Below are positions 12,796 through 26,095 of a DNA stretch of 64,000 nucleotides, piece after piece; within the stretch, counting starts at the first letter, position 1, and each line of letters starts with the position of its first letter. This DNA is from Lama glama (Eukaryota): NCBI GenBank assembly GCA_028534125.1, contig CM052819.1, positions 97,650,001 to 97,714,000 on the forward strand, given 5' to 3'. A program made the translations under genes and the position numbers. The notes beneath the pieces are model-generated. The model did no database searches. It was not told the origin of the DNA and saw only the letters and a program-made list of their open reading frames with translations.

Positions 12796-12934
12796 TAACA
12801 GACTTTCTTAATGAAGGAAGCAGTGAGGACTGGTAGCCACTTTGAGTTGCTCTGGTTAGCGTTCAATCTTAGCTTTAGTACCATTTTTTTGCCCTGGAGG
12901 AAGAAAAATCTGTATGAGGGGAGAGAAGATTTTT

Positions 12935-13269
12935 TTTTTTAATAAACTTTATTCTTTTAGAGCAGTTTCAGGTTCACAGCAGAACTGAGCAGAAAATACA
13001 GAGAGTTCACACATAGCCCTCCCTACCCACATATATATACTCCCCTACTGTCAACATCCCTCATCAGTGTGGCATATTTGGTTTACAATCGATGAACCAA
13101 CATGGGCACATTATTATCAACCAAAGTCCGTAGTTTACAGTAGGGTTCACTCTTGATGTTGTACATTCTATGGGTTTTGACAAATGCATAATGACATGTA
13201 GCCACCACTACAGAATCATATAGAATAATTCCATTGCCCTAAAAATCCCTTGTGCTCCATCTGTTCATT
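12935..13269 (-). mobile_element. L1MC-like 3' end with preserved TSD
   Basis: Poly-T, then gagcagtttcaggttcacagc. Flanks ggggagagaagattttt (12918) and ggggagagaggattttt (13270). Confidence 0.8.
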
Positions 13270-15189
13270 GGGGAGAGAGGATTTTTGAATCAAATGGTGA
13301 AGCTGCAAGAGCACTTCTTATGTAGCTCACTGAACAATTCGTTAGAGTCTCCTTGTTAGAACACCCTCCTTCAAGGGTGAACACAGATTGTTTATTAAAA
13401 ACAAAGCAAAACACCCAGTGCCTTTGCCTTGCTTTTTATGCAGACTGTTGGAGCTAGGCTAGCTTTTTGAAGCCTTTGCTCAGCCCCCATTTGGGCTGAG
13501 AAGGGTCACCAGAGGCAGATGGAAGGAGGAAGTGCCCAAGTGAAGATGAAGCTTCAGAAAAAGTTGGTTGTAAAGTCTGGGATCAGAATATTCTAGCATT
13601 TTATCTGAGCCCTACTTCAGTGAAACCAAAGGGACGAAGATAAGTGTTATCACTGACGTAAATCTGGTCTTCAGTTGGAATTACTGGTGCTCTGATGTAG
13701 AAGTCTGGCTTTTTAAGTGCATTCTTTATTCCAGGTTAAAAATTTAATTAGAGAAACTAGTCGATGACTCAGTTCTCAGCTGAGCATTTACATTTACACC
13801 ACTAATAAAAAACTTGTTTTGAAAACACTTCTTCAGGTTTGTAAAGTGTCAGTCCCACAGGATGACATTTTATTCTACTTAAAACTAACATTTGTAATTT
13901 CAAGCCCAATTTGACATAATGAAACTTGAATTTCCCTCTGGAGGGAAGGTGCTTTATGGCTGTTGTACTCCCACCCAATTCATTACCCTGAGATGCTTTT
14001 TCTTAGATCAAGAATGAGCTTTTTATCATAGAGGGCCATCAAATTAAAGCACCTGAGAGTGTGTAGGATAACAAGAACTTTCTTTCCAATAATCAGACTT
14101 AGAATAATATCCTACAGGTTTCAATGGGGCATATTTATATTTATAAATATATATATAAATAAAATAAATCACATATAAATCATCTAATATAAATTAGTGT
14201 TTTTTCCTGTGATCAACTATATTATTTAAAAAATAATTAAAAAAAATATCTTGGACTAAGTAACTTGTGTTTTAGGATTCTTTAAACTAGTCCAGTCACA
14301 GGTACATTCTAGAATATTTGAGGTTTTTAGTAAATCAGGATAAATCCTAGGCTAATATTTGTTAATTGCCATGTATTTTTTTCTTGCATAGCCACTTACA
14401 AATAATATTTCATTCTTAACTCTGCCACTTGCTACCACACTTGACTAAATACATTTCATCATCTACTCCTTTTCTGTTTTTAGATACCCTAAAACAATTA
14501 TCCTTTTGTTTTTCTGATTCATTAAACATAATTCTCCCCTGTCCCCCACCTCCGTTCTCCCCCCATCCCCTGGTTCCTCATGGAAATTAAAACAGAAACA
14601 CAAGGCGGAAAATAAAAATCACCTGTAATCACACAACCCAGTGATAGTCACTGGGTTAAGGTGTTCGAGCTGGTTACATTTGATACAGATATATACATAT
14701 ATATGTGTGTGTATATATACACTTTTAAAAAGTGTATTTTGATAATTAGTAGGGTGTATCATAATTAGTGTACTTGATTGAAAATGTGTTTTCTCTTTTA
14801 TTAACTATTGTTAATAATTTTCCCTCATTTTCTTCCTGTTTGTCTTATTGATTTGTACAGACTCTTTACATATTAAGGATAAAAGGTTTTTATCTGCTTT
14901 ATTGCAGATATTTTCTCCCAGTTGGTATTTAGGTTTTGATTCATTTTATGATTCCTTTTGGGGGGGTACATAAAAATTTTATATTTTGTCTAGCCAAACC
15001 AATTAGTCTTTTTTCTTTAGTTTTCTCATTTTTTGATATTTAAGTAAACTAGAGAGTTTGTTCTTGGTTTTGCTTTATAAATGATCAGTAAGTCTTGCCA
15101 GTGTTTCATTGTTGTCTGCAGAAAAATCTTTGTGTTGACGTGTATTTTTGACTGAATTTTCTAACCTCTTGCATAATGATTTAACCTAA

Positions 15190-15380
15190 TGGGGTCACGT
15201 AGTAAAGCACAGACTCAAGAGCTGACAGCCTTGGGTTCCTATGGCCTTTCAGCTGCTACCTAGTAGCTGAGTGATCTTGTGTAAGGTATTCAAACCCTCT
15301 AAACTTCAATTTTTTGTATTTGTAAAATGATGATAATAATACCTCATTGGTATTCAGTGGAAATTTGATTAAATGTGTGT
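15190..15380. mobile_element. MIR relic
   Basis: MIR-core motifs (gtgatcttgtgtaagg, tttgtaaaatgatgataataatacctca). Confidence 0.6.
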
Positions 15381-17143
15381 ATAAAATATATATGTATGCA
15401 TATGTATAATATACATACATATATGTTTTACATACTTGTATGTGTATATATGTGTAAAGCACATCATTAGTCTGAAAATGTATTCTGTCCTGTGTTAGTG
15501 AACTAAGGCAGTGGGTTATTTTCTTCTGTTAGACTTTCACATTTATATTTAACCCTTAAAGATATGTGTTAGTTAGGCTCTTTTAGAAAGCAAGTAACAG
15601 GTACCCACTCAATTTATCATGGAAGATGAAGTGTATTTTAAGGATGAAGGGGAGGTGAGGAAGATGACTAGGGCTGCGTCTCCCACCTCTGCAGGAAACA
15701 CCGCCCTGAGGACGGGAGGGTCTGCAGGACTCCCCAGGGGTCTGGATGTCTGCTTCCCAAACATTCCTCTTCCCTTCCCTTCCTCTGCCTGGAACTTCTC
15801 TGACTGTAAAGAACATTCCTCTGTCTGCCATCCTCTCTGCTTTTTGCCATCTCTGCCTCCTGGTTTTCCCTTTCTGCTCTTTCTAAGGGTTGTTTCCCTG
15901 ACATTTCCTGAATTGGGAACATAGTGCTTGGAAGTCTGATTGCTGAATCCTTACTGTCCTGACCTTCTGGTCACCTTTTTTGGCACTGAGCATCCTTTAA
16001 CAGTAGAAAATCATTTTAACAATAGAAGAAAGAGTAAATTTATAGGTGATTCCCCATGAGTTCCCAGATTGGTACAGTTTAGGAAAATTTATTAGACAAC
16101 TTAATTCCCCATGTTTTTGATTTGGTTGCCAGCTCTTTCCTCAACACTCAGTAAAACATTCTACTGTCTTTAGGGGTTATGATTTCTTCTCCATTTGTGG
16201 TTTTGGGGATATGGGGCTACATTTGTTAACTGGCCCTTCGCTGGAAGTGTCTATTTCCAGTGTGTTCTAAGATCTCTTTAGAGTCCAGGATTGGGTTAAG
16301 AATTTTTTTTATTGGATTATTACTGCCAAAATATGTGTTTCCAGTTCCTGTAGTGCCCCCCAAGCTTATCCCTCCCTTCAAAGGCAACTTTATTCTTGTA
16401 CTTTTTTCAGCTCCATTTGGCTGCCAGTCATCCTGTGATGTGAGAATAGAATATTGATTGTTTCCTATTGCTTGTGGGACAGGAATGCTTCTTGAATTAG
16501 AGCTCATTTTGGAGTTTAAAGTACGAAATGCCAACTTTTGAAGATATCATGTCTAAGATCTCTTTGTTACACAAGGGAAGGTTGTCCAGGGCCAAGGGGA
16601 AGGGAAGGGAAAAAAGAGAATGGAAAAGAGAGGACAGCTGATGACTTCTCTCTGTTCTAAATCATTCCGTCTACACTCATAGAAGACCCTTCCCATTTCC
16701 ATAATATCCTTTTAGAAGATTTATTCCTTAATCTGAAGCCATTGGCTAGGTGTACTATGATGTCAGAATGCTCATGGCTAGAGACATTTCCGGGCTGTGA
16801 ACAGTTTTTAAAGAAAGCCTTATCTCTCCTTGGCCCTTGGAGATGATCGTGTGTTTTTTCATTCAGGCATTTATTGATTGCCGTCTTCATGCAGAGTTGC
16901 TGGCCACTTGTATGGGCTTTTGTGCAAATTAGAAAAGGCATATGTGTCTAGGTAGACTTCTTAGAAAAAGATGTTGCCCTGGGCAGACTGTTTAGAAAAA
17001 GGCATCCCCTTTGGTAGACCAGTTGGAAATGGACGCCCCCTGAGTGGCTGCAGCTCCATGGTACGTGGTGCCACCAGGCCACACGGGTTGGCAAGCCAAG
17101 TGGAGTCTGGGTTTCTGTCCCAAATGGCCCCCTCCAGTGGATG

Positions 17144-17145
<2 letters not shown>

Positions 17146-17181
<36 letters not shown>
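17146..17181. repeat. (TG)n microsatellite
   Basis: Seen directly. Confidence 0.95.
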
Positions 17182-17184
<3 letters not shown>

Positions 17185-18146
17185 GCACTGTGAACAGGCA
17201 CAAGAATCAGATCTGTCCTCAGGAAAGCAGGGACTTTTTAGAGTCAGAACCAAGCCGTGAACCACAGACACATACCTCACGGTATCATGGGAAATACATT
17301 TCCTCAAAGAGTGATGGATGAAGTGTCCTAGGCTTTTAGGAAATCTCAAGCAAACTTCTGCAGAATCAATCCTGCTTCCTCTCTGGAAAAGTCCTCTCTA
17401 AGAGAAAGACAAGCAAGATGAAGAATCTGGATGAGAAATAAATTCAGTTGTGTTTGTGTTACTCATTTCCCGGGAGACCCAAGGCATACTCTGGCGTATG
17501 TAACATTAAGATCTTGGGGGGGAAATGCCCTTCCCTGGAGCCTCAAGACCTGTGACCCCCTGTCTCCTGAGTCATCATTCAACCCGGTGGAGAGGACTGA
17601 GGCTCAGATCTCCCATGTGTTAAGAGTTGCAGCAGCTGTTCAACTGGAGTCCCATGGATCCTGCTCTACAAGTCCGAACAGAAAAATTCCCCCAAAGTGC
17701 TGATTGGGCCTCAGCCCCCTTCTCACAATCCCTTCCTTGGATGGGTAAATAGTGAGACAGTTTAATAAGGGGTCGGTGACAATTACATGCAAGTGGAGAG
17801 AATGAAGAGCAAGAGTCTTTGAACAGAGTTGGTTTTCACTGTTGTTTTTCTGGGAAAGGAGCATAATGGTTTGGGGTTTCTCTGTGTGTCAGCTGAGAGG
17901 CGCATCTATCTCAGTGTGACAGAGGAAGATTTCAGCAGGAAAGTAACTTTTGATTTATCACACACAGCTGGGTGGGCCATGCCTCACTGGTGCCCAGGCA
18001 TAAGCAACCTTTTAAATATAGCTGCTCAGTGTGGCTTCTGCCCCTCCAAGGGCTTGTAAGCCGGTGCTTGGTGTTTGCAGTGGTGGTGAGCCACTGTCCT
18101 GAGCATCCTCACACAGAGGTCCAAGTCTTGCATCTCTTTGGTTTTT

Positions 18147-18519
18147 TGTTATGGGCTGAATTGTCCCCCTTCCCGCCCCAAATCCTTTGTTGGAGTTCTA
18201 ACCCCCAGGACCCCAGAGTGTGGCTGTATTGGGACTTTAAGGAGATAATTACGGTAAAATGAGGTCATGTGGGTGGGCCCTAACCCAGTACCACTGATGT
18301 TGTCATAAGAAGAGGGGACCCGGGCACAGATTAGGACAGAGGGAGACCATNNNNNNNNNNNNNNNNNNNNNNNNNNNNNNNNNNNNNNNNNNNNNNNNNN
18401 NNNNNNNNNNNNNNNNNNNNNNNNNNNNNNNNNNNNNNNNNNNNNNNNNNNNNNNNNNNNNNNNNNNNNNNNNNNNNNNNNNNNNNNNGTGCTGTGGTAT
18501 TTTGTGGCAAATGCATACA
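18147..18519 (+). mobile_element. MLT1B/C-like solo LTR containing a 138-N gap (18351-18488)
   Basis: Starts tgttatgggctgaattgtcccc; ends ctgtggtattttg...cataca. Confidence 0.8.
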
Positions 18520-18851
18520 GTGTTTATATATCCAAATTGGCTGGGTGTCCCGAAAGCTGGGGCCAGCCTCAGGAATCGTGCCTGGAAACTTCCGTGGGTT
18601 ATCGAGACCACGTCCTCTTGCTTCTTCAGTAATTTTTTCCTCTTGGAAAGGACCTGAGATTTTTTTTTTTCCCCTCACACTCCTTGCCTCACTGAGTTCT
18701 GCTCTGTAGTGAATTGCCTTCTGTCCAGAGACTATAATCTCTGGAAACAGCCACCTCCTCGCAGTAAGGAAAGTGATGTGGCCAATTGAACTCCTGGTTT
18801 GTTGCTGTTGTGTGATGCTGCAGGCTGTCTGATTCCATGTAGAAAAGCAAA

Positions 18852-18853
18852 AA

Positions 18854-18900
<47 letters not shown>
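18852..18900. repeat. (TAAA)n tetranucleotide repeat
   Basis: About 12 perfect units. Confidence 0.95.
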
Positions 18901-18901
<1 letters not shown>

Positions 18902-19203
18902 AATCCTTCTGAAAACATTTAGTCCCGGTTGTGATTTCTGTTTTCCTGATGTATATGTTTCTACAGCCTTCAGAAGAACAAAAACAGTTTAAATTTCTAC
19001 TAGAATTTCTTAAAGGACACATTTAGGGGTGTGAAATCACAAAGACAGTTTGAAAAGATACTTATAGTTTGTTTGTTTATGAAATATTGGCAAGTGGCTT
19101 ATGAATAATTTGCATATGATGTACGCGAACCCAAAAGCCTATTCTGTGAACCTCAGTGTGTTTACCCTGAAAGTGTTATTACTGCCGACAGCATTTTGTC
19201 AGG

Positions 19204-19596
19204 TGTGTTGGTTTCCTAGATACTTTGCCGTAACAAAGTATCACAGACTGGTGACTTCAGCGACAGAAATGTGTTCTCTCCCAGTCCCGGAGGCGGGAAG
19301 TCTGAAATCAAGGTGTTGGCAGGGTTGGTTCCTGCTGAAGCTCTGAGGAAGGACGGCAGCCTCAGGCAATTCTTGGCTTGTAGACTCCGCTCTCCTTGCA
19401 TCTTCACACTGTCTATCCTCTGTGTGTCCAAATTTCCCTTAATATAAGGACGGTTATACTGGATTAGGACCCATCTAATGCCCTCATCTTAACTTTATCA
19501 TCTGCAAAGACCTCATTTCCAAATAAGGTCACATTCACAGGTTCTGGGGGTTAGGATTTTAGCCTCTTTGGCGGAGACACAATGCAACCCATAACA
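19204..19596 (-). mobile_element. MLT1 solo LTR
   Basis: gccgtaacaaagtatcacagactg, tttccaaataaggtcacattcacagg, caacccataaca. Confidence 0.85.
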
Positions 19597-20760
19597 TCGT
19601 GTTAGGATTTCTCTCTTTCTTATCCCTTCTCATTCACTTCACTCGTCCCTAAAAGGCCTTTGGACCCTTGAAGCAAAAAGCAAGAGACAGACGAGGTCAA
19701 GGGGAAGGAAGTGGAGTGGTTAGGGCCAGAATACAGACTGCCCGGGCTTTGGTGTTCCTTGGGCTTCAGGTGACGCGAGCTGCCTGGACCTTCCATGGAG
19801 TTTCAACCCCTCTGTTCCCCCTTGTCCACCCCCGTCCCCCGTTCTAGCTTTCTAGGGTACTCAACCAGCCTCACTCCCTCCATGCTAGTCACTGTTAAGG
19901 GCGCTTGGGGCTCATGGTGGAGGACAGTTCACCTGGGGAGAGGCTCGAGGAAGGTGTGTCGTGGGAATGCGGATGGTGATGCTAATTAGACATCAGAGGA
20001 CACGCTGGACCCTGGACCGGACCTGAGCTCCACCTGAGCTCGCAGCCCCGGGTGGGCGGGCTTCCGTGGGGAAGGCAAAGAGGTGAGCAACCCAGGGCAG
20101 TATTTCTCAGCCTTATTGTTCACTCGCATGCCCCTGGGTAAATCCCCACCTGGCAAAACCATTTTATGTTTCGGGGTTACTATCAGGACACGCTTTATCT
20201 TTTGTGGCTTTATTAGGGCAAAAGTAAGTGTACCGAATGTGCGTTTTGCAAGCTCTCTTTTCTTGCAGACTCTGAAGGCCTGTCCGCTGTCTCTTGGTCA
20301 CCTCTCTGAGAGGCCCGGCGTTGAACTTTGGGGTGGGGCAGGGTGGGGATGGGGCTGAGGCTGGTTGGAGACTAGCCCTGGGTGAAGTAATGAACCAGAA
20401 GTTTGGGGGAAAGGCAGTTTCTGCTGATACTGAAAGAGACTGATTTGAAAGCCAAGCCTTGGATATGCACAAAGCCCGATCAATGTGCCCACATAGCTTG
20501 TTGGGAGCCTCCTGAGGGATACGGTTAGTGAACCTACTCTCTTTTAAGGCTTAACGTTACAAACATTCATGATGCATGTTACAGTGGAGACAGTCTCAGT
20601 GACTGTAAGTGATACCCTCTCCCACTGTTCTGGTAGAAGTTATCTGAGTATAACCCGGAAAAGCAAATTCCACACTTGGTGCTGTGGCCGAGATGCCTTT
20701 AAAGCTGGCAGTGATTTCCCGATGAGCTAACCCTCCTTCCATCTTCTGTTTTCACATTCA

Positions 20761-21170
20761 GTGTTCATTTCCTGGGCCTGCCAAAACAAAGCACCGACAA
20801 GGTGGCTTAAAACAACAGAAATTCCTCATCTGACAGTGCTGGCGACTGGAAGTCTGAAATGAAGGTGTGGGCAGGGCTCCCCGTGGAGCCTGCAGGGGGA
20901 TTTTTCTTGCCCCTCTCCCAGCTTCTGGTGCTTTGCCAGCAATCTCTGGTGTTTCTTGGCTCATAGCTGCATCACTCAGTCTCTCCTCCGTTTTTACAAG
21001 GCGTTCACCCTGTGTCTTCCTATAAGGACACCAGCCACATCGAATGAGGGACCCTTCCTGCTCCTGTAAGACCTCATCTTGTCTTATCTAATTGCATCTG
21101 CAATGACCCTATTTCCAAATAAGGTCCTATTCTGAGGTCCTCAGAGTTAGGATTTCAACATACCTTTTTG
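20761..21170 (-). mobile_element. MLT1C-like solo LTR
   Basis: ggtggcttaaaacaacagaaatt and tgcaatgaccctatttccaaataaggtc. Confidence 0.8.
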
Positions 21171-21184
21171 TTTTCTTTTGTATT

Positions 21185-21340
21185 TTTTGTCTGAACTTAA
21201 AAATAATTAATTAATTTATACTGAGATATATTTGATTTACACTGTTGTGTTAGTTTCAGGTGTACAGCAAGGTGATTCAGTTATACATATATATTCTTTT
21301 TCAGATTCTTTTACATTATAGATTATTAAAAGATATTGAT
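21185..21340 (-). mobile_element. Short artiodactyl-type L1 3' end
   Basis: ttgatttacactgttgtgttagtttcaggtgtacagcaaggtgattcag. Confidence 0.75.
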
Positions 21341-22115
21341 TGACTGGTGCCTTTATTATCTGCAGAGTGGATTCCAAATGCCGTCCCCTCTATCCAGGCT
21401 TCTCAGTTTTTAGTCTCCGAGCCGTGTCCTGGTCCCCTCCATCTGGGCTTCACAGTACTCAGTCCCCAAGCTGTGTCCTGGTTTCTCTTCCACCAGTGTT
21501 TGTGTCAGCCCAGGCCAGGTGGATTCTCTGTCCTCCGCATGTCCTTTGTGGGGGCCTGCTTGTGTGCCCCTGCTCTTTGCTGGTGCCACCTGCAGGCCCA
21601 CCCTTCCAGCCCTGCTGAGATGCCCCTTCTTCCAGGGAGCCTGCCCCGATCTGCCTGGTTCAAAGAGATGTCTCCTGCTTCTGGGTCTCCCCTCCCCCTT
21701 CACCTTTCACACTCATGTGACATCTTGGGCATAAGTGAGTGTGTGTTAGCTCCTTCATCAATTTGCCGGGTTATTTAGGCAGAACCAGGTTTGAGCTGTT
21801 CAAAATAAATACTCCTCTGTTCCTCTCCTGGTGTTTCGCAGATGGTGGGTCCCGGACAGCTTGGTGGAAGGCAGGTCTTCCTGCGGAGTCTCCGGCCATT
21901 CTTCTGAGGCTTTGTCACCATCCAGAGGTTTCCTTGGAACAACGTGACTCTACTGAGCCCTGTGTGAGACCTCAGTTAATCAGTACTTTGGAAATAAGCC
22001 TTTATCCCAAGTCAGCCTCCGGTTTACATGGTTTATTTTTAACTTCCTGATGGACTGGATGTGGAGGGCTTGGAAAGGACTTCCCAGAGGTTTCAGGATG
22101 CACTGGGGATGAGTC

Positions 22116-22535
22116 CTGGATTAGTTTCCTGGGGCCAGGTAACAAAGTACCACCAGCTGGGTGGCTTAGAACAACAGAAATTATTTTCTCACAGTCCTGG
22201 AGAATGAAAGTCCCAAATCGAGGTGTTGACCGGGCCAGGCTCCCTCTGCAGGCTCTAGGGATGGCTGTGTTGCAGGACCCCCTCCCCCCAGCTTCTGGGT
22301 GCTCCTTGGCCTGTGGCAGCGCAGCTCCTTGTGCACGTGGCCTCCTCCCTGCGTGCGTCTGTGTCCAAATCTCCCCTTTTTATAAGGATGCCTGTCATAG
22401 GTTTAGATCACCCTAGTGACTTATCTTAACTAATTGCATCTGCAGCGACTCTATTTCTAAAGGTCATGTTCTCAGGTACTGGGGGGCTGGGACTTCAGAG
22501 TGACTGTTTTGGGGGCACACTTCAACCAGTGACAG
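22116..22535 (-). mobile_element. MLT1C-like solo LTR
   Basis: ttagtttcctggggcc, aacaaagtaccacc, gggtggcttagaacaacagaaat, ggggcacacttcaacc. Confidence 0.8.
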
Positions 22536-23076
22536 CACTGAACTCTGGCTCTTCTGTGGGCCAGGGGTGTGTCTGCCTGGGTGCCTTGGGTGAGGCACTG
22601 ATGTCTGCCAGGGAGGAGGGATGCACGCTCCGAGGTGAAGCAGGTGTGGAGAAGAGGGTGCCCGTGCCCATCCGTGCTGCTCCCTGTGGTCCTGGGAAGC
22701 CACCTCTGGGCTGTGGGCCTGGCCGTTAATGCATCACCAGCAATTCTGTATGGAGGCCTCAGGCTGATGGCAGGAGTGACCCGCCGGGCTCGGGGAACGT
22801 GGGCACTGGTCCGCAGGAATTGGTAGTCCCTCCTGGAGGGGGCTTTTGAGGTCTCAGAGCTAAGGACCTTGCATCAGTCACACCTGTGCTTAGCTAATGT
22901 TTAAACTTGGGACTTGCCCTTTTCTGTTTGCACTGTCCCACCTGTCCTGTTTCTTCCTCTGTTAGCCAAGTTCTGAGCATCGGTGGGGCCGGACTACTTC
23001 CTCTTGGCTAGCAGAGGCAGCGTACGATGTCCCAGGAGGCAGTGGAATGATGTAGAGACTTGGGATTATGCTTTTA

Positions 23077-23232
23077 TTTATTTATTTATTAACATTTTTT
23101 ATTGATTTATAATCATTTTACCATGTTGTGTCAAATTCCAGTGTTCAGCACAATTTTTCAGTCATTCATGGACATATACACACTCATTGTCACTTTTTTT
23201 TCTCTGTGATTTATCATAACATTTTGTGTATA
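23077..23232 (-). mobile_element. Young 5'-truncated L1 3' end with perfect 15-bp TSD
   Basis: TSD gggattatgctttta at 23062-23076 and 23233-23247. Body resembles the reverse complement of the 34295 element. Confidence 0.88.
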
Positions 23233-23264
23233 GGGATTATGCTTTTAAAGTGACCATTGTGCAT

Positions 23265-23324
23265 AGTAAGATGAGTTGTTTTTGTTTTGTTTTTAGTAAG
23301 ATGAGTTGTTTTTGTTTTGTTTTT
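23265..23324. repeat. Perfect 30-bp tandem duplication
   Basis: agtaagatgagttgtttttgttttgttttt, two copies. Confidence 0.95.
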
Positions 23325-23449
23325 GTAATATATTGAATTACCTGATTTATCGGTTTACAGCGATCAAATAACCCACTGGGTCATCCAGCTTGGACTCCAA
23401 CCTAGATCCAACAGCCCCTCTACATGGCAAGAAGCAACTTAGCTGTGGG

Positions 23450-23630
23450 TTGAGAGTCAAACTCAGGCTGTACCATGTCCCAGCTGGGCCACCTGTGGGC
23501 AAGTTTCTTAATCTGTGGAAACCAAGAGTTTCCTCTCTTGTAAAAAGGGAAAGTAGTAGGGTTGTGGGAGACACATGGGACAAATGATGTAGAACGAGTT
23601 GCAGAGTCTTGTTTGGCAAGTGCTTAATGA
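23450..23630. mobile_element. MIR relic
   Basis: tgggcaagtttcttaatctg, gtttcctctcttgtaaaa, ggcaagtgcttaatgaat. Confidence 0.6.
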
Positions 23631-25732
23631 ATAGGACTAGTTCCGATTTGAGCTTCATGTGGCTCAGTGACTGTGGTCTACACGTGTGCCTTTCATGTTT
23701 TCATCCCGGGTAATTGGCAAAGAAATGGCAGTTGTCCAAATAGCTCTTAATTTTATGCTTACAGACAGCTCAGCTAGACAACTTAGATCATGAAATGGAT
23801 CCCCAGCCAGTTTGAATATTTACACAGCTTTTAGTTATTCAGTTGATTGACTGATCGATTTATCTGGACTAGGGAGACTGACCCCTAATTACAACATGAA
23901 TTTTTAATACTATTCACACTATTAATCTTTTCTTTCTGTAATGATAAAAAAAGGTGTTCAATATAATGAGATTATCACTGCTGATCCACTTAAAAAACCT
24001 GATAATGATTAAAGTGCCTTTTTTTTTTTTGGTGGAAGGGGAGAGGAGGTGATGTTTGCAATGGGTAAATCTTGTCTCCTGTGAAAGACTCTATTAAAAT
24101 CTTTCCATCCTGATTTTGACACAACAAAGCTCCATTAATTTTGATGGAAGAAATAGATAACTGGTATTTGACCCAAATTCACATTATGGGACCCAGTAGC
24201 GTTGGAAATCATGAACTGAGAGTAATAACTCCAATCACAGATACCCCTCCACCAAAAATGAAAAAAAGATATCTCAGAATTTAAAATGTATTTTCATAGT
24301 GATCACTTTCTTTTAAGTGGGAAATGTCCCTTTGAAGTCGATGATAGTCTGCTCTTTTGAAATGATTCTTTGATTGGACTTGACTATATAAATATTCATG
24401 TTGCTGTGTGTGTATGTTTCATGTTGTTTCATTAGTTACTTTTTTGCCATTGGAATAATAAAAAATGTTTGCTGGCTACTGACAATACTGTTGAGTTCAA
24501 AATAATTTTAATTCTTGGCCAAACAGATTAATTTATTCTTGCCCCCAAAATTACCTTTGCAGCAGGCAGTTGACTCAATGATGAATAAAAAGCCTGTATT
24601 TTAAAAGAATTCTGAACATTGGTATCCTGGATCGAGTTGGAATAATTACATTCCAGTCAGGGAATTGCCACATTGTCTGTGTCATCCTCGAGAAGTCCCA
24701 GAACTCCTATTAAATACAATTTACTCCCTCCCATCAGTGGAAACAAAACTAAACTCCCAATCCTTTCTTAAATGCTCACATTTTCAGACAGATGTGCTAA
24801 GAAAAATGCACTGTCACAAGAAGAAAAAGATTTTAGAGAAAATAAAAGAAAGGTTTTAAGTCTTTCTAAAACATAATCAGATTGTATCTAATGGGGTGAA
24901 CAACATTGCTTAAAAGTGGTTTCCTCTTTTTTTTGATAGCTGATTTAAATAATGTTACTCTTAAGTCATGATACCGTTTAAGAAAACTAAACAGTATTAA
25001 TGGAAAAATAGGCTCTTTGGGGATGGGTGTGAATTTCTCATTTGACACTTGCAGTTACTACAAGAGTTTTAAAGACCTCTTTAAGGAGGATGGAGGCAAA
25101 AAGCAATTCTGTTCCTTCCTAGAACCATCTCGAGATCCCCTTTCCTGTAAGCTAAGCAATTATTCACAGCTTCTCTGTTCAGCATTCAGATTATGACTAT
25201 TCACCACAAAGGACCGGATTTTTATGTTCACATATTGAAATCCTGGCAGATTTTTGACATGGATTTGCTTCAGGAAATCTTTTTCAGTCTATTCTTGCAT
25301 CCTCTTTCCGTCTCTGTTTATTTTTTTGCTAAACTTTAAATGAACAAATGGTAAAGAGTAGAAAGTGTTTTTATCTGATTCCTAAACTTTGTGCATCACT
25401 AAAAGCAGCTGAAAAAAGAAAAGAAAAGAAAAGAAAACCACAAGGACAAATGCAAATAAAAAGATGGTCACCTTCTTTTTCGAAGATGAGGAGGAAGTAA
25501 ATGTCCAAAATTAAGATGCAGGAGATAATACTTATTTGTAGAAAAGGGTGTAACTTAAGATAGTAAGTATGTTGAAAGTCATAAGCAGGGAAAACAGGTG
25601 ACAAATAAAAAGAAACTCAAAGCCGTGTGATTGTTGGAACTGAGTTTACTCAGGTCACATTGTTGGTGAGCTTCCTTCTCCTTTAGATTCGTTGCTTCCT
25701 TTCTCTTAAAGTTTGTGAGACGTTTTACTGGA

Positions 25733-26095
25733 TGTTATGGGTTGAGTTGTGTCTCGTAGCCAAATTCCGATGTTGAAGTCCTAACCGCCCCCCCCCGGGA
25801 GTTAGGGTCTTTAAAGAGGTGATTAAGTTTAAATGAGGTCACTTGGGTGACCCCTAACCTAGTATGACTGGTGTCCTTATAAGAAGAGGAGATCAGGGCA
25901 CAGACATGCACAGTAGGAAGACCACATGAAGATGCAGGCTGAAGACAGTCATCTACAAGCCAAGGAGAGGCCCCAGAAGAAACCTACCTGTGGACACCTT
26001 GATCTCAGATTTCTAGGACGTAAGGGAATAAATTTCCATTGTTGAAGCTGCCCGTCTGATGTGGTTTCTCATGGCAGCCCTCGCGAACAAATACA
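25733..26095 (+). mobile_element. MLT1B-like solo LTR
   Basis: Termini tgttatggg...aaataca; 5-bp TSD ctgga/ctggg; internal aataaa. Confidence 0.88.
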
